From NCBI RefSeq assembly GCF_006345805.1, contig NC_043010.1, positions 56,420,001 through 56,484,000 on the forward strand: 64,000 nucleotides of DNA, in the 5' to 3' direction. This DNA is from Octopus sinensis (taxonomy: Eukaryota). A program made the position numbers and the translations under genes. Positions 24,290-36,775 of the stretch are shown piece after piece. The notes beneath the pieces are model-generated. The model made no database searches. It saw only the letters and a program-made list of their open reading frames with translations, and was not told the DNA's origin. Position 1 is the first letter of the stretch; every line of letters starts with the position of its first letter.

Positions 24290-25130
24290 GCTTATGAAAA
24301 GCCCAAAATGCTTAAATGAGTGATGACCATTAGGAGAGATATCAGGGGGATAGGGAGGATGTTGCAAAATCTTATAGTTCAGGCTTTGGAACTTTTTGGA
24401 TCATAGCTTGAGGAGTGTGAGGACGGGCATTGTTGTGGAGCAAAATTGGACCATCTCGATCCACTAGCCTGGGTTGCTTTTTTTCAATTTCTCATGCAAT
24501 ACAATCAATTTCCTGGCAATATGATGTTGCTGTTACCATTTTTCCTTGTTTCAAAAATGAATAATGAATAACTCCCTTTGCAGACCACCATACAGTGACC
24601 ACTAACTTTTTAGGGTGCAATGGTGGGTTTTAGGTGACTCTCCTGCATCTAATCACTGTCCTGTTCTGCTGTTCATCAAGTAATGACTTGATGCAAAAAT
24701 GGTCTTTTTCCAGTTGAGAAAGCAATAAGGAGCACACTTCAAGGCATCTGTTTTTTTTTAATCTTGTTCGGTTGATGTGGAACAAACCTATCCATTTTCT
24801 TGACTTTTCCAATTTTTTACAAGTGTCCAAAAACAGTTGTGCGAGATGTCTGGAGTTCTGATGAAAGTTTTCAAACCTTTGTTCTCAGATTTTGTTCAAC
24901 CAAAGCATTTAATCCATCATGCTGAATAACTGATTTTGGCCTACTCCTTGGTTTATTTTCAAGGCTATCGTCTCCTGAACGCGAGCTTTGGAACCATCTC
25001 TGAACAGTTCTGATGTCAACAAAACCATTACCAAAGGCCCACTCGATATTCCATAGAGCCTCTGTGGCAGAGTGACCCAGTTTCTACACATACAAGAAAA
25101 TCACTCAATGTAGTTTGGTTGTTATCATTT
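24290..25130 (-). pseudogene. Old, decayed mariner transposase
   Basis: Fragments such as KKLEKSRKWIGLFH (KLGKVxKLDKWVPH-like), RCLEVCSLL and an N-terminal HTH-like segment. Many stops; terminal repeats not resolved. Confidence 0.6.
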
Positions 25131-25381
25131 CCATAAGGTCTGTGGGTACGAATTTTGTATACCAAGATTGTTGGGAAAGAAAAAGTCAAGATTAAATGCA
25201 AAGTATACATAATTGAGTTTTTAAATGTCTGAAATAACAAGTAATTGAAAATGCGACATTTGATGTGAAACAACTGAATATATATTTATATATATCATAT
25301 ATAAATATAGGGAGAGCTTACGAAAAAAACAAAAGACGAAGATAGGTGGTGTACAAAACAAACAGATGTATTTGAATAACG

Positions 25382-25419
<38 letters not shown>

Positions 25420-25421
<2 letters not shown>

Positions 25422-25535
25422 CCAGATTAGACTGGAGCCTGGTGCAGCCTTCTGGCTTCCCAGAACCCCGGTCGAACCGTCCAACCCATGCTAGCATGGA
25501 GAACGGACGTTAAACGATGATGATGATGATGATGA
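25420..25535 (+). mobile_element. RTE LINE 3' tail ending in (GAT)n
   Basis: Matches 38846-38957 and 60975-61087. Confidence 0.85.
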
Positions 25536-25830
<295 letters not shown>

Positions 25831-26388
25831 TATGTATTACATTGGTTGCAGCCAATTGCATTCCTTTATGTCAAAAGGTCACTTAGACATTCACTTGAGA
25901 TCAATAAAATAATTGTTCGAGAAATATGGATTAGGTTTTTATGATTGACTAAACCATCGGATGTGGTACCCCAGCATGGCCACTGTCCAATGACATTAAC
26001 TAGTGAAATAATATAGATAAGCTATGTGCAGATTTTGAAACTGAAGACTGACAACTATTTTGCATAGAACCATTCTAGGAAATGGAATCAGGTTTTTTTG
26101 AGGTTTTTTTATCGATATTAAAAATATTGACTAAAACATTAGATCTGCCCTTATTGTTCATGGAAACCTAACTGGGACCATTCTGTGGGAGTTGTTTGTA
26201 CTGACTATTGAGCCAATCCAGGCCACCATCCCATTGATATTTTGATAAGATATTCCTTAAAAAAACAATAAAAATGGCCAGGAAACGATTGGTTTCAATA
26301 TATAAGAAGCTTTGCCTGTAGGTTCTTGTTTGGTTTTAACTTTTTCTTCAGTTATTCCAGCCTTTGGAACCAGTTTACCTCTCTCCCC

Positions 26389-26471
<83 letters not shown>

Positions 26472-26904
26472 ATCTATCTATCTATCATATGTATTTATAC
26501 TATATTATAAATCCCTATTTCAAAAACCTGCTTTGGTAAAACTTTGAAGTGACAGCCACCTTTGTAGAATGAATAGTTGACTTGATTCCACATAAGCAAT
26601 TCCTTATTTCATTAAAGTTTATTAATTAAAAATACTATTATTGATTAAGGGTTGCATAGATAACATGTGCACATGGAGGGAGATGGACAGACAGACTGAC
26701 TGATTTAGACCATATGCATACAAGTAGATCTACATGTACATGTGGATAGGTAGATATACACTTATGTAGAAAAGGCATGAACATCCCAACTTCTGTTTCT
26801 CAGCTTCCCATTTTGAAAGTTCAAATATTTCTTGTGTATAAGAAACCTTTCCATATCTTTCAAGAATTTTCTTTTCCTCTTCGTAAAAGGCATATATACA
26901 TAAA

Positions 26905-26953
<49 letters not shown>

Positions 26954-26959
26954 GTATAC

Positions 26960-27017
<58 letters not shown>

Positions 27018-27033
27018 AGGTATGTAGAAAAAT

Positions 27034-27084
<51 letters not shown>

Positions 27085-27612
27085 GTATACGTGTGTATGT
27101 GTGTGCATCCATGCGAATTAATGCTTGTCACTTCAAATTAGTTTAAATATATCAGTCTTAATGTGTGTGTATATACAGAAACCACCCACCCACCCATGCA
27201 TACACTTTCCTGTGCTGCTGTATGATTGATAAGTTGCTTAGTGTCCAGTTGCCATGGTACTCAGTGACCCTGTCTCCCTGCAGCCTCCTCCCTTTTTAAC
27301 CTTCATTACTGACCCCTTTCAAGCCAGTCTACCACTTACAAATGACCCCTATATAAGGGCTCCTTTCAGCATTTTCAAATTTGCCTCTCTATAAGACTGT
27401 TTATGTCTGTGGTGGGGGTGTTGGCGAAGGTGGTGGGATTGACAGAGATTGATGGAATATGAGACAGACAGAGAGGCAGGCAGCTGGATGGATGGATAAG
27501 ATAGATCGAGAGACACAGATGCATAGACATACACACATAGATAGAAAGGTAGATAGATAGGTAGGAAGGTGGATAGGGTAAGATGGATAGATAGATAGAT
27601 AGAGAGATAGAG

Positions 27613-27645
<33 letters not shown>

Positions 27646-27691
27646 ATATAAGCAGAGAGGCTGACTGAGACACAGACAGAAAACTAGATGT

Positions 27692-27750
<59 letters not shown>

Positions 27751-27754
<4 letters not shown>

Positions 27755-28148
27755 GGCAGATAGATATATATTTGTTACCTTTTACTTATTTTATTCATTA
27801 GACTGAGGCCAAGCTAGGGCACCACCTTGAAGAATCTTAGTTGAACAAATCAATCCTTGTACTTATTTTTTATAAGCTTGATACTTTTTCTATCAGTCTC
27901 TTTCACCTAACCACTAAGTTATGGACACAAAGACACACACATGTTTATCTATAGTCTTTTACTTGTTTCAGCCATGCTGGAGCACTGCCTTTAGTTAAAC
28001 AAATCGACACCAGGACTTATTCTTTGTAAGCTTAGTACTGCTAAGTTACGGAAACGTAAACACACCAACATTGGTTGTCAAGTGATAGGAGTGAGGAACA
28101 AACATAGACACACAAATACATGCATGCATACATACATATGTATATATA

Positions 28149-28195
<47 letters not shown>

Positions 28196-28372
28196 GATGG
28201 GTTTCTTTCAGTTTCCATCTACCAAATCCACTCACGAGGCTTTGGTCAGCCCAAGGCTATAGCAGAAGACACTTGCTCAATGTGCCACACAGTGGGACTG
28301 ATCCCAGAACCATGTGGTTGATAAGCAAGCTATTTACCACACAGCCACTCCTCTGTGTATGTGTGTGTGTAT

Positions 28373-28418
<46 letters not shown>

Positions 28419-28811
28419 GGCAGATAGATATATATTTGTTACCTTTTACTTATTTTATTCATTAGACTGAGGCCAAGCTAGGGCACCACCTTGAAGAATC
28501 TTAGTTGAACAAATCAATCCTTGTACTTATTTTTTATAAGCTTGATACTTTTTCTATCAGTCTCTTTCACCTAACCACTAAGTTATGGACACAAAGACAC
28601 ACACATGTTTATCTATAGTCTTTTACTTGTTTCAGCCATGCTGGAGCACTGCCTTTAGTTAAACAAATCGACACCAGGACTTATTCTTTGTAAGCTTAGT
28701 ACTGCTAAGTTACGGAAACGTAAACACACCAACATTGTTGTCAAGTGATAGGAGTGAGGAACAAACATAGACACACAAATACATGCATGCATACATACAT
28801 ATGTATATATA

Positions 28812-28854
<43 letters not shown>

Positions 28855-29018
28855 GATGGGTTTCTTTCAGTTTCCATCTACCAAATCCACTCACGAGGCT
28901 TTGGTCAGCCCAAGGCTATAGCAGAAGACACTTGCTCAATGTGCCACACAGTGGGACTGATCCCAGAACCATGTGGTTGATAAGCAAGCTATTTACCACA
29001 CAGCCACTCCTCTGTGTA

Positions 29019-29040
<22 letters not shown>
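27751..29040. repeat. Near-identical tandem duplication of a ~664-bp unit (27751-28414 and 28415-29040) made of SINE A fragments
   Basis: The copies differ only in TA-tract length and a 1-bp indel (aacattggttg versus aacattgttg). Confidence 0.9.
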
Positions 29041-29052
<12 letters not shown>

Positions 29053-29053
<1 letters not shown>

Positions 29054-30613
29054 GATGGGCTTCTTTCAGTTTCCGTCTACCAAATCCTCTCCCAAGGCTC
29101 TAGTAGATGACACTTCCAAGTTGCCATGCTGTTGACTGAACCTAGAACCCATTTGCTTGAGAAGCAAACGTCTTACCACACTGTCACACCTGAGTAGTTT
29201 AAGATATGGGTTCAGAGAATCTTGCTGCTGTCACAATAAGCTCCACTGATGGACTCGGCTATCAGCCCACAGACTAATCAATTACAACGAAGTGCAATGT
29301 AGAGTATCCATATAAAGTTAGGAGATATGAATGGTGGATTCTGCTTTAAGAAGATAGGGTGTCATTTGAGGGAAATTTGACTGTTATATCTAACAGTGTT
29401 ATGCACCTGTAGAGAAGTAAATAATAATAATAATGATAATAATAATAATCCTTTCTACTATAGGCACAAGGCTTGAAATTTGAGGGAGAAAGATAGTGAA
29501 TTACATCAACCTCAGTACTCAAGGTCAACCACAGCAGAATTTGAACACAGGACATGAAGATGAAAATAATAATAATAATAATAACAACAATAATGATAAT
29601 AGTAATTGATAAAGGTTGGTGCAAGTGTGCTGGTAGAACACCTACGAAGATCAGCATTGCTTGGAACTGCAAGAATTCTTTGCTGGGTTTTTGAAGCGTG
29701 ACCAGGAAACAAGTGTCACCTTAGTCTGCTGGCTGTGGGCAGCTGACACTTTCCATCATACCCAGCAAAATAAGCTGTGAGTTTGCATCAAATAATAATA
29801 ATGATGATGGGTTTAAATTTGGCTCAAGGTCAGCTATTTCAGGAGGAGGGAGATAACTCCTCTATGCACAAGGCCTGAAATTTGGGGGAAGAGTTATTAG
29901 TTCACATTAACACCAGTGCTTGAGTGGTACTTATTTTATCAACCCCAAAAGGACGAAAGGCAAAGTCAATATGATAATTATAATATTTGTATATATGTGT
30001 GTAGACTGCTCTTTTTAAGAGCGATCTACACACATATCTTGGAGAACTCATCCCACCCAAAAACAGCTGTATAGAGATCTGCTGCCTGTTTCCACCATTA
30101 TACAGGAAAGGTACTTGCACTTTGCAGGACATTGCTGGCAAGCTAAAGAAGAGCCAGCAAGTGACCTACTGCTATGGATGCCAAAGCATAGCCATACTAT
30201 AATGGGTCATCCAAACACAACATATGTGGATCAACTCACCATCAACACTGGAGGCTTCTCTTAAGACTTCCCTCAAATAATGGATGGCAAATAATAAATG
30301 TCCAAACAAGCTCAACCACTTGTTACTGATGTGTGTGCCTGTGTTATAAATGACTGGACTGCCATTCGGTTATTCAGTGAAGGTTTGTTTGTCAGACATA
30401 AACTTTCTAGGTTGTACACATATATATACATATACATATATACGACAGGCTTCTTTTAGTTTCCGTCTACCAAATCCACTCACAAGGCTTTGGTTGGCCC
30501 GAGGCTATAGTAGAAGACACTTGCCCAAAGTGCCATGCAGTGGAACTGAACTCGGAACCATGTGGTTGGTAAGCAAGCTACTTACCACACAGCCAGTCCT
30601 GCGCCTATATATA

Positions 30614-30648
<35 letters not shown>

Positions 30649-30682
30649 TATATATATATATATATTATATATAATATATATA

Positions 30683-30724
<42 letters not shown>

Positions 30725-31015
30725 CATTATTGGTGAATTGAAGAAACGATTTCTGTTCAATCTGCGTTCAGCTCCATTTCTTCAATTCACCAATAATGTT
30801 TTAATTTCAATTATCCGCACCAACGCACGGTTGCAACGCCAGATGGTTGTACCTCCAACCGTGCTGTTTACTGCTGTGATTTTTGCTACTAAGGTATCGG
30901 TTAAACTTTTGATTAATCTACTACAAGATTATTCATCTTTCTATTTCACATAATATATATATATATACATATATAGATACATATATGTACATACTTACAT
31001 ATATATGTATGTATA

Positions 31016-31108
<93 letters not shown>

Positions 31109-31136
31109 TAGATACATATATGTACATACTTACATA

Positions 31137-31176
<40 letters not shown>

Positions 31177-31470
31177 TATATGGGTACAGGACATCACAAA
31201 ACATAGACAACATGAAATACGAAGGCAAACTTGGAAATGCGAACATGGAAAACAAGACAACATACAGAACGACCCTTCATCAGTTGTTCATCTACTCCAC
31301 ATTTCAAGCATACAACGGGCTTCTTTCAGTTTCCATCTACCAAATTCATTCACAAAGCTTTGGTCGGCCCAAGGCTGTAGTAGAACACACTTGCCCAAAG
31401 TGCCACGCAGTGGGACTGAACCTGGAACCATGTGGTTGGTAAGCAAGCTACTTACCACACAACCACTCCT
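29053..31470 (-). mobile_element. Three SINE family A head fragments (about 29053-29190, 30445-30606 and 31316-31470)
   Basis: Each reads gggcttctttcagtttcc...ctaccaaat...cttaccacac on +, the reverse complement of the family head. Confidence 0.8.
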
Positions 31471-33545
31471 ATATAGATAAATAGATTGATAGATACAGAT
31501 TTATATCTATATACATATAATTGCATCAAAATATATATTGATACATATACCAACATATACATGCACACACACACTTGGATTTCTTGTTGCAAGCATACAC
31601 ACAAATACATGCACATATACACATATATGTATCCATGTATATTTATTCATATGTGTGTATATGTATGTATATATATAACATATATATATATATATATATA
31701 TACATACACACACACACACACATATATAAAATGCACAGTTTTCTATATATATTCATTCTAGTTTCTTGCTACAAACACACACACTCTCACACAGATTCAC
31801 AGTTATTTTATACACATTTCTAACTAATTACACATGTATGTTTCAATGTAGACATAACGAGACAGATGTATGCCTCCAGCGTTTGGATATATTACGTGCT
31901 CTAATGCTCTCTCTTTCTCACCCTCTCTCTCTCATCTCTATATACACATTGTTCATATGTACATGTATGCACACACACACACACACACGTCCTCTTTCAT
32001 CACCTTTATATATTATATTCTTTATACATCCCTGTTCCATTCCCTTGCATCCCCTTCTAAGCACACACATGCACGCACACAGTCATTTCACATATGTAAT
32101 ATAGTGAGGTTGGAAAGTGTTGACCAGATGTGTTAAAAATCTAAAGATAACAAGCAAGGGACACAACTACAATGAGACCAGCTGAGTGCAATATTCCAGC
32201 AATAGAGACCAAGACAGCCGGATAAGATTGGATCTGGTTTGGTGGTTTGTCTCTCCAGCCTTCTGACTGCAGCCAATACTGACATGACCATCACTCGCCT
32301 ACAACCACGCTGCTGCTGCTATCATACACTGATATATTACCAACACTACCACAACCAATCTACAGTCATGTCCTCACACCACTGCATGCTTCTGTCTCCT
32401 CTACACACAGCCCCTTGCTACACCCTATCCTCCCTTCACCCAAACTTCTTCCCTAAAATAACTCCATAAGCCTTATTTACAAAGAAATAATGGGTTTTCT
32501 CTCCCACCCAACCCTGCTCTACTCTGCCACACCCACTTTTCCAATGAAGTATGGAAACCCTTAACAAGCTCACAACATTTATTGCCACAACACTCTTCCA
32601 TACTTGTTACCTGTACTGACTTGCATTGTACTAGCAACATGTGTGTTTGTGTGTGTGTAATAGTGTGCATTTACATGGATATGGATGTCTGTACACACAC
32701 ACACAGGTATTTCTATATGCTTGTGATCTGTATAAATAAATATGCATGTGTATGCATAGACTTATCTAGCAGTATCTACATACTTGTAGTGTGTGTGTGT
32801 GTGTGTGTATAGATGCACCAATAGGTAAATATACTTTCATGTCCAAAAGACCCAAGTAAATATTCAAATATTCATAGAAACACACAGGTGCGTGTATACA
32901 CACATACAGAGCAACATCTCATGAAAATGAAAAGGAAAAAAACTTTATTAAATTTTTTGCATTGTATTTTATTGGGTGTTACTGTTGTTGTTGTTGTTGT
33001 AATGGTGGAAGAAGTTTAATCAAGATCTGATGGTAGTGAGGGTGGCGGGGAAGTTGAAGGTGGAGCAATGTTTGTGTTAGAATAATGAAGATTAGATTTA
33101 CCAGGCAAATATTGGATCACAGGTTGATGGGGTTGGTTGGGAGGAGGAGGAGGAGATGTTGGTCGTTTGTATGTATGTGTATATTGGTTTATATGTGGGC
33201 GTGTGTGTGTGTGTGTGTATATATGTGCATGTACAAAATCTACAAATAAAGGATATATGTGTGTGTATATATATACATGTATGTGTGTATATATATGTTT
33301 ATATGTGTTCGTGTGTGTGTATATATGTATCTATGTGTGTGTGTATGTATATATATATATATATGCAATGTAGGTGTTTGTACATCAATTTTCCAACAGA
33401 ACTGGAATAAATATTGTAAAAAAAAAAGAAGAGAACGTTTGCATCCCACACCATGTTACGAAAGGAATGAGAGAAAATAACATAGATTGGGGGTTTGAAA
33501 GGAATGTTGGGTGAAGGTGGGGTACTGTGTTAGTGTTAGAACCAT

Positions 33546-33559
33546 GTTTCCATGGCAAC
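33546..33559. promoter_or_regulatory. RFX X-box motif GTTTCCATGGCAAC
   Basis: Fits the established X-box consensus GTNNCC(AT)RGNAAC; lies in non-repetitive sequence. Confidence 0.5.
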
Positions 33560-33721
33560 ACAGGTAGGATGGTTTGCCACAGTTTGGACATTTTCATAAT
33601 GTTCCAATAATAGTTTGTACAAATGAATGTCTTCCCTGCTGCAGGTATTAAACTGATGTGGTGTTGGGACCTGTCCTTTGTTTTCATGGGAAGAGATTTT
33701 CACAATTTCTCAAGCATACCG

Positions 33722-33831
33722 CATGGAAGTGTTGGTATTCATTTTCATTTGGGAATAGGAATCCTGTTCACTCTCGTGTAACTTCACGTATTCCTGTTCA
33801 AAATAGAGATGAGTACCAACACTTCCACATG
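33722..33831 (+). other. Long imperfect hairpin of about 110 nt; candidate structured RNA
   Basis: Arms 33722-33762 and 33790-33831 pair over about 40 bp; most mismatches are U-G wobble pairs on the + strand. Confidence 0.45.
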
Positions 33832-34660
33832 ACATGCTTGAACAATTGTGAAGATATTTTCACATAAAACAATTGGTAGCTTTAGGGTATATATACATAT
33901 ATATGTGTGTGTGTACATCAATAGATAGATAGATGTAATTGAATTTTGACTGTGGAACTCAAAGTAGATAAAGCTATAAATAATAGTACGTAAATGTATA
34001 TATTGGGTTTCAAAGCCATTGAAGGCTTCCCAAAGGGTTTGTTAATCCAATATTTACATTTACTTTGTTTCTTGCTTTATCTACTTCAAGTTCCATGGTC
34101 AAATCTCTCAGTTTCTAAATTCTTATGGCATAAACAATATAAATATATATGTGTGTGTGAGAGAGAGAGAGAAATAACTGATAGTGGCCAATGGCATGTA
34201 TTTCAATAAAAAAGATAACCAAGGTTATGCAAGAAAGAATGTTGACTATGTCCAGGTCAAGGTTTGAAAGCCTACCTGTTTAAAACCTTATCTGATGATG
34301 GTGGATTTTATATCATAATGTAATCTTTTATGACTTCATTAAACAAATAAAATTCTACCAAAACAGCTGTAGCAAAATTTAAACTCTATTTGCATTTACT
34401 TTTTATACCTACACTACACTTTGAAACCACCCCTCGGTTGGATCTACAGTTTAAATTGGATCTGGTACTGGCATGTCCCCCGTATTCTACCAACACTTGA
34501 TGTCTTTCTTCAATGTTGTTTATTTCAAAGTGAGCTCTGTGTTATTGTACCTAGCCATTTCTGGCATCCTACAAGCTAATGTGCCTTGATTCTTACAAAT
34601 CTTTATCATAAAATCATATATTCGCAGTCGTGATTCAAATGTTTTTTCTTTCTAATTCAG

Positions 34661-34757
34661 ATTACTACATTGACCAGAATGGATCTTCAGAAAAAAATAT
34701 TCTGGATTCCCTATATACTACAGTGGTGCCATCTATTGGCACTGTGCCTCGCCAAAG
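34661..34757 (+). CDS. Probable coding exon with a start codon and signal-peptide-like N-terminus of an unidentified secreted or membrane protein
   Basis: Strong acceptor ttttttctttctaattcAG and strong donor AAG|GTAAGT. Frame 0 is open throughout: ITTLTR-MDLQKKIFWIPYILQWCHLLALCLAK(G/D/E/A/V), with ATG at 34679. No downstream exon could be identified. Confidence 0.55.
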
Positions 34758-35483
34758 GTAAGTCACCTTCCTTCCTCTCTTCCTTTTGTTATTCTACACA
34801 ATGTGAGCAGGGCATTGCCCGTAGCCATCTAAAAGAAAGTTGACATGAGTGATATTAATGTGTTATATTCTTGGCAATAATATTTGTTAATTCCCCTCAA
34901 GTCCCCACTTAACTGCTGTAAAGTGTTTTATCACCAACAACAAATATATTTTTGCTGTTCATAAACCATAAAACAGTGAGCAGAGATCAGAGATGCTCTG
35001 ATCTCTGTGAAATAACCTGAGGTATTAAAGGATTTAAGGCTTAGATAAGTCACTCCGTTCACTGCCCCCAACACCTACGTATTCTGCAATAATGGGATAA
35101 ACTGAATAGAAAATGGATTAACACATGACTTTATTATCATTATAATCAGACGTGTGCATATGTGTATGCCAGTGTGTGTGTGTGTCTGCATGTGCATATA
35201 TATATGCGTATGTATATAAGTGTGTGTGCACTTTGTTATATGGTAGGAGAGAGTTCTAAGATGGTGAAGTGGTAAAATCCAGTGGAAAAATTCCAGAGGT
35301 GAAACAGACTGTGAAAGAAGGATTGGGGGAGTTGTATCATAACAGACAGAGAGCAAAGCAAGGAGAGATAATAAATAGGAGAGTGTTTGTGTGTTAGTAA
35401 AGGAGATTGTAGAGCAGTGTGGGTGCTTACATTAATATATATATATATATATATATGGATGAACGTGTGTGTATGTATATGTA

Positions 35484-36775
35484 CGAGGGGCGTTCAATAA
35501 GTAATGCCCCTGACCCACTTCCCTTAGCAGTAGAGCAACGAAACTTGGCACAGTTATTAGTCTTTTTCTACATAGGAACCACCCAGAGTTACATATTTCT
35601 CCCATCGTTTGATGCAGCGCTGGAGATCGTTTTTAAAGAAGACCCCAGCTTGGTCCTCCAACCACGACGTGACTTCAGAAATCAAGGTTGCATCATCTGG
35701 GAAACGCTTTCCTTTCAAAAACAACTTCATGGCTGGAAAGAGGTGAAAATCAGAGGGTGCAAGGTCAGGAGAGTAGAGGGGATGGGAGAGAAGTTCATAG
35801 CCGCACGCCTGTGCTTCTGATCTGGCGACACACGAGTTGTGGACCGGAGTGTTGTCCTGCAGGAGGAGGATGCCTTTGCTGATCTTGCCCCGCCTCTTGA
35901 TTTTGATAGCTTCTCTTAATTTCCTCAAAAGTGAAGCATAATAGGCTCCTGTAATTGTGGTACCCTTTGCCAGGAAATCTGTCATCACTACTCCGTCCTG
36001 GTTTCAGAAGACTGTGAGCATGACCTTGCCAGCGGAGGGCTGCACCCTTGCCTTCTTTGGAGGAGGTGAGTCACGGTGCTTCCACTGCATTGACTGGGCT
36101 TTGGTCTCTGGATCATAGTGATGAACCCAGGTTTCATCCTATGTAATCAGTCTTTTGAAAAATGTTGACTCATCTTCTTGGCACATCTCCAAGTTCATCT
36201 TCGAGCACTCGACGCGTTCTTGCTTCTGGAAAGTTGTGAGCAACCTGGGAATCCATCTGGCAGACACCTTTTGCATATGCAAATGGTCATGAATGATAGT
36301 TTCCACAGACCCGGTACTAATCTTGACCTCATGGGCTATTTGGCGAATAGTTATGCGTCGATCTTCCAAAATGGTAGCCTGAACTTGACGGACAGATGGC
36401 TCATCAATGGCAGAAGGGGCCGACCAGATCTGGGAGCTGTTTCCACAGAGTTCCGACCATGTTTGAATTCACAATGCCAGCGTTTTACAAGGTCATATGA
36501 TGGGGCATCATCACCATAAGTTACTTTCATTTCATCAAAAGTCTCCCGTGGTGTGCGTCCTTTCAAATACAAAAACCGGATCACTGCTCGACACTCAACA
36601 GGTTCCATTTCACACTTGACTCAGTTCAAACACCTGTAAATCAGAAACCACAATTGGCTCAGAGCTGTAATTTGCCACCTACTCTATAGAGATATAAATA
36701 ATTTCACACGCAAAATTTCAGCTAGATCAAACAACTGCAAGTGGGTCAGGGGCATTACTTTATGAACGTCCCTCA
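35484..36775 (-). mobile_element. Full-length (1292 bp) mariner DNA transposon
   Basis: TIRs cgaggggcgttcaataagtaatgcccctgacccactt and aagtgggtcaggggcattactttatgaacgtccctca, flanked by TA on both sides. Confidence 0.95.
35557..36608 (-). pseudogene. Mariner transposase (D,D34D), inactivated
   Basis: MEPVECRAVIRFL...RSGRP, KVSARWIPRLL, LIT*DETW, VF*NQDG, QDN-34 aa-D (HPLYSPDLAPSDFHLF), GGSYVEKD. One frameshift near 36415 and stops at about 36140 and 36005. Confidence 0.95.

Noticed and set aside
27345-27362. TATA box or CArG box (CCTATATAAGG)
   Set aside because: Seven A/T bases rather than six for a CArG box, no convincing initiator or downstream exon, and such motifs are common in AT-rich DNA.
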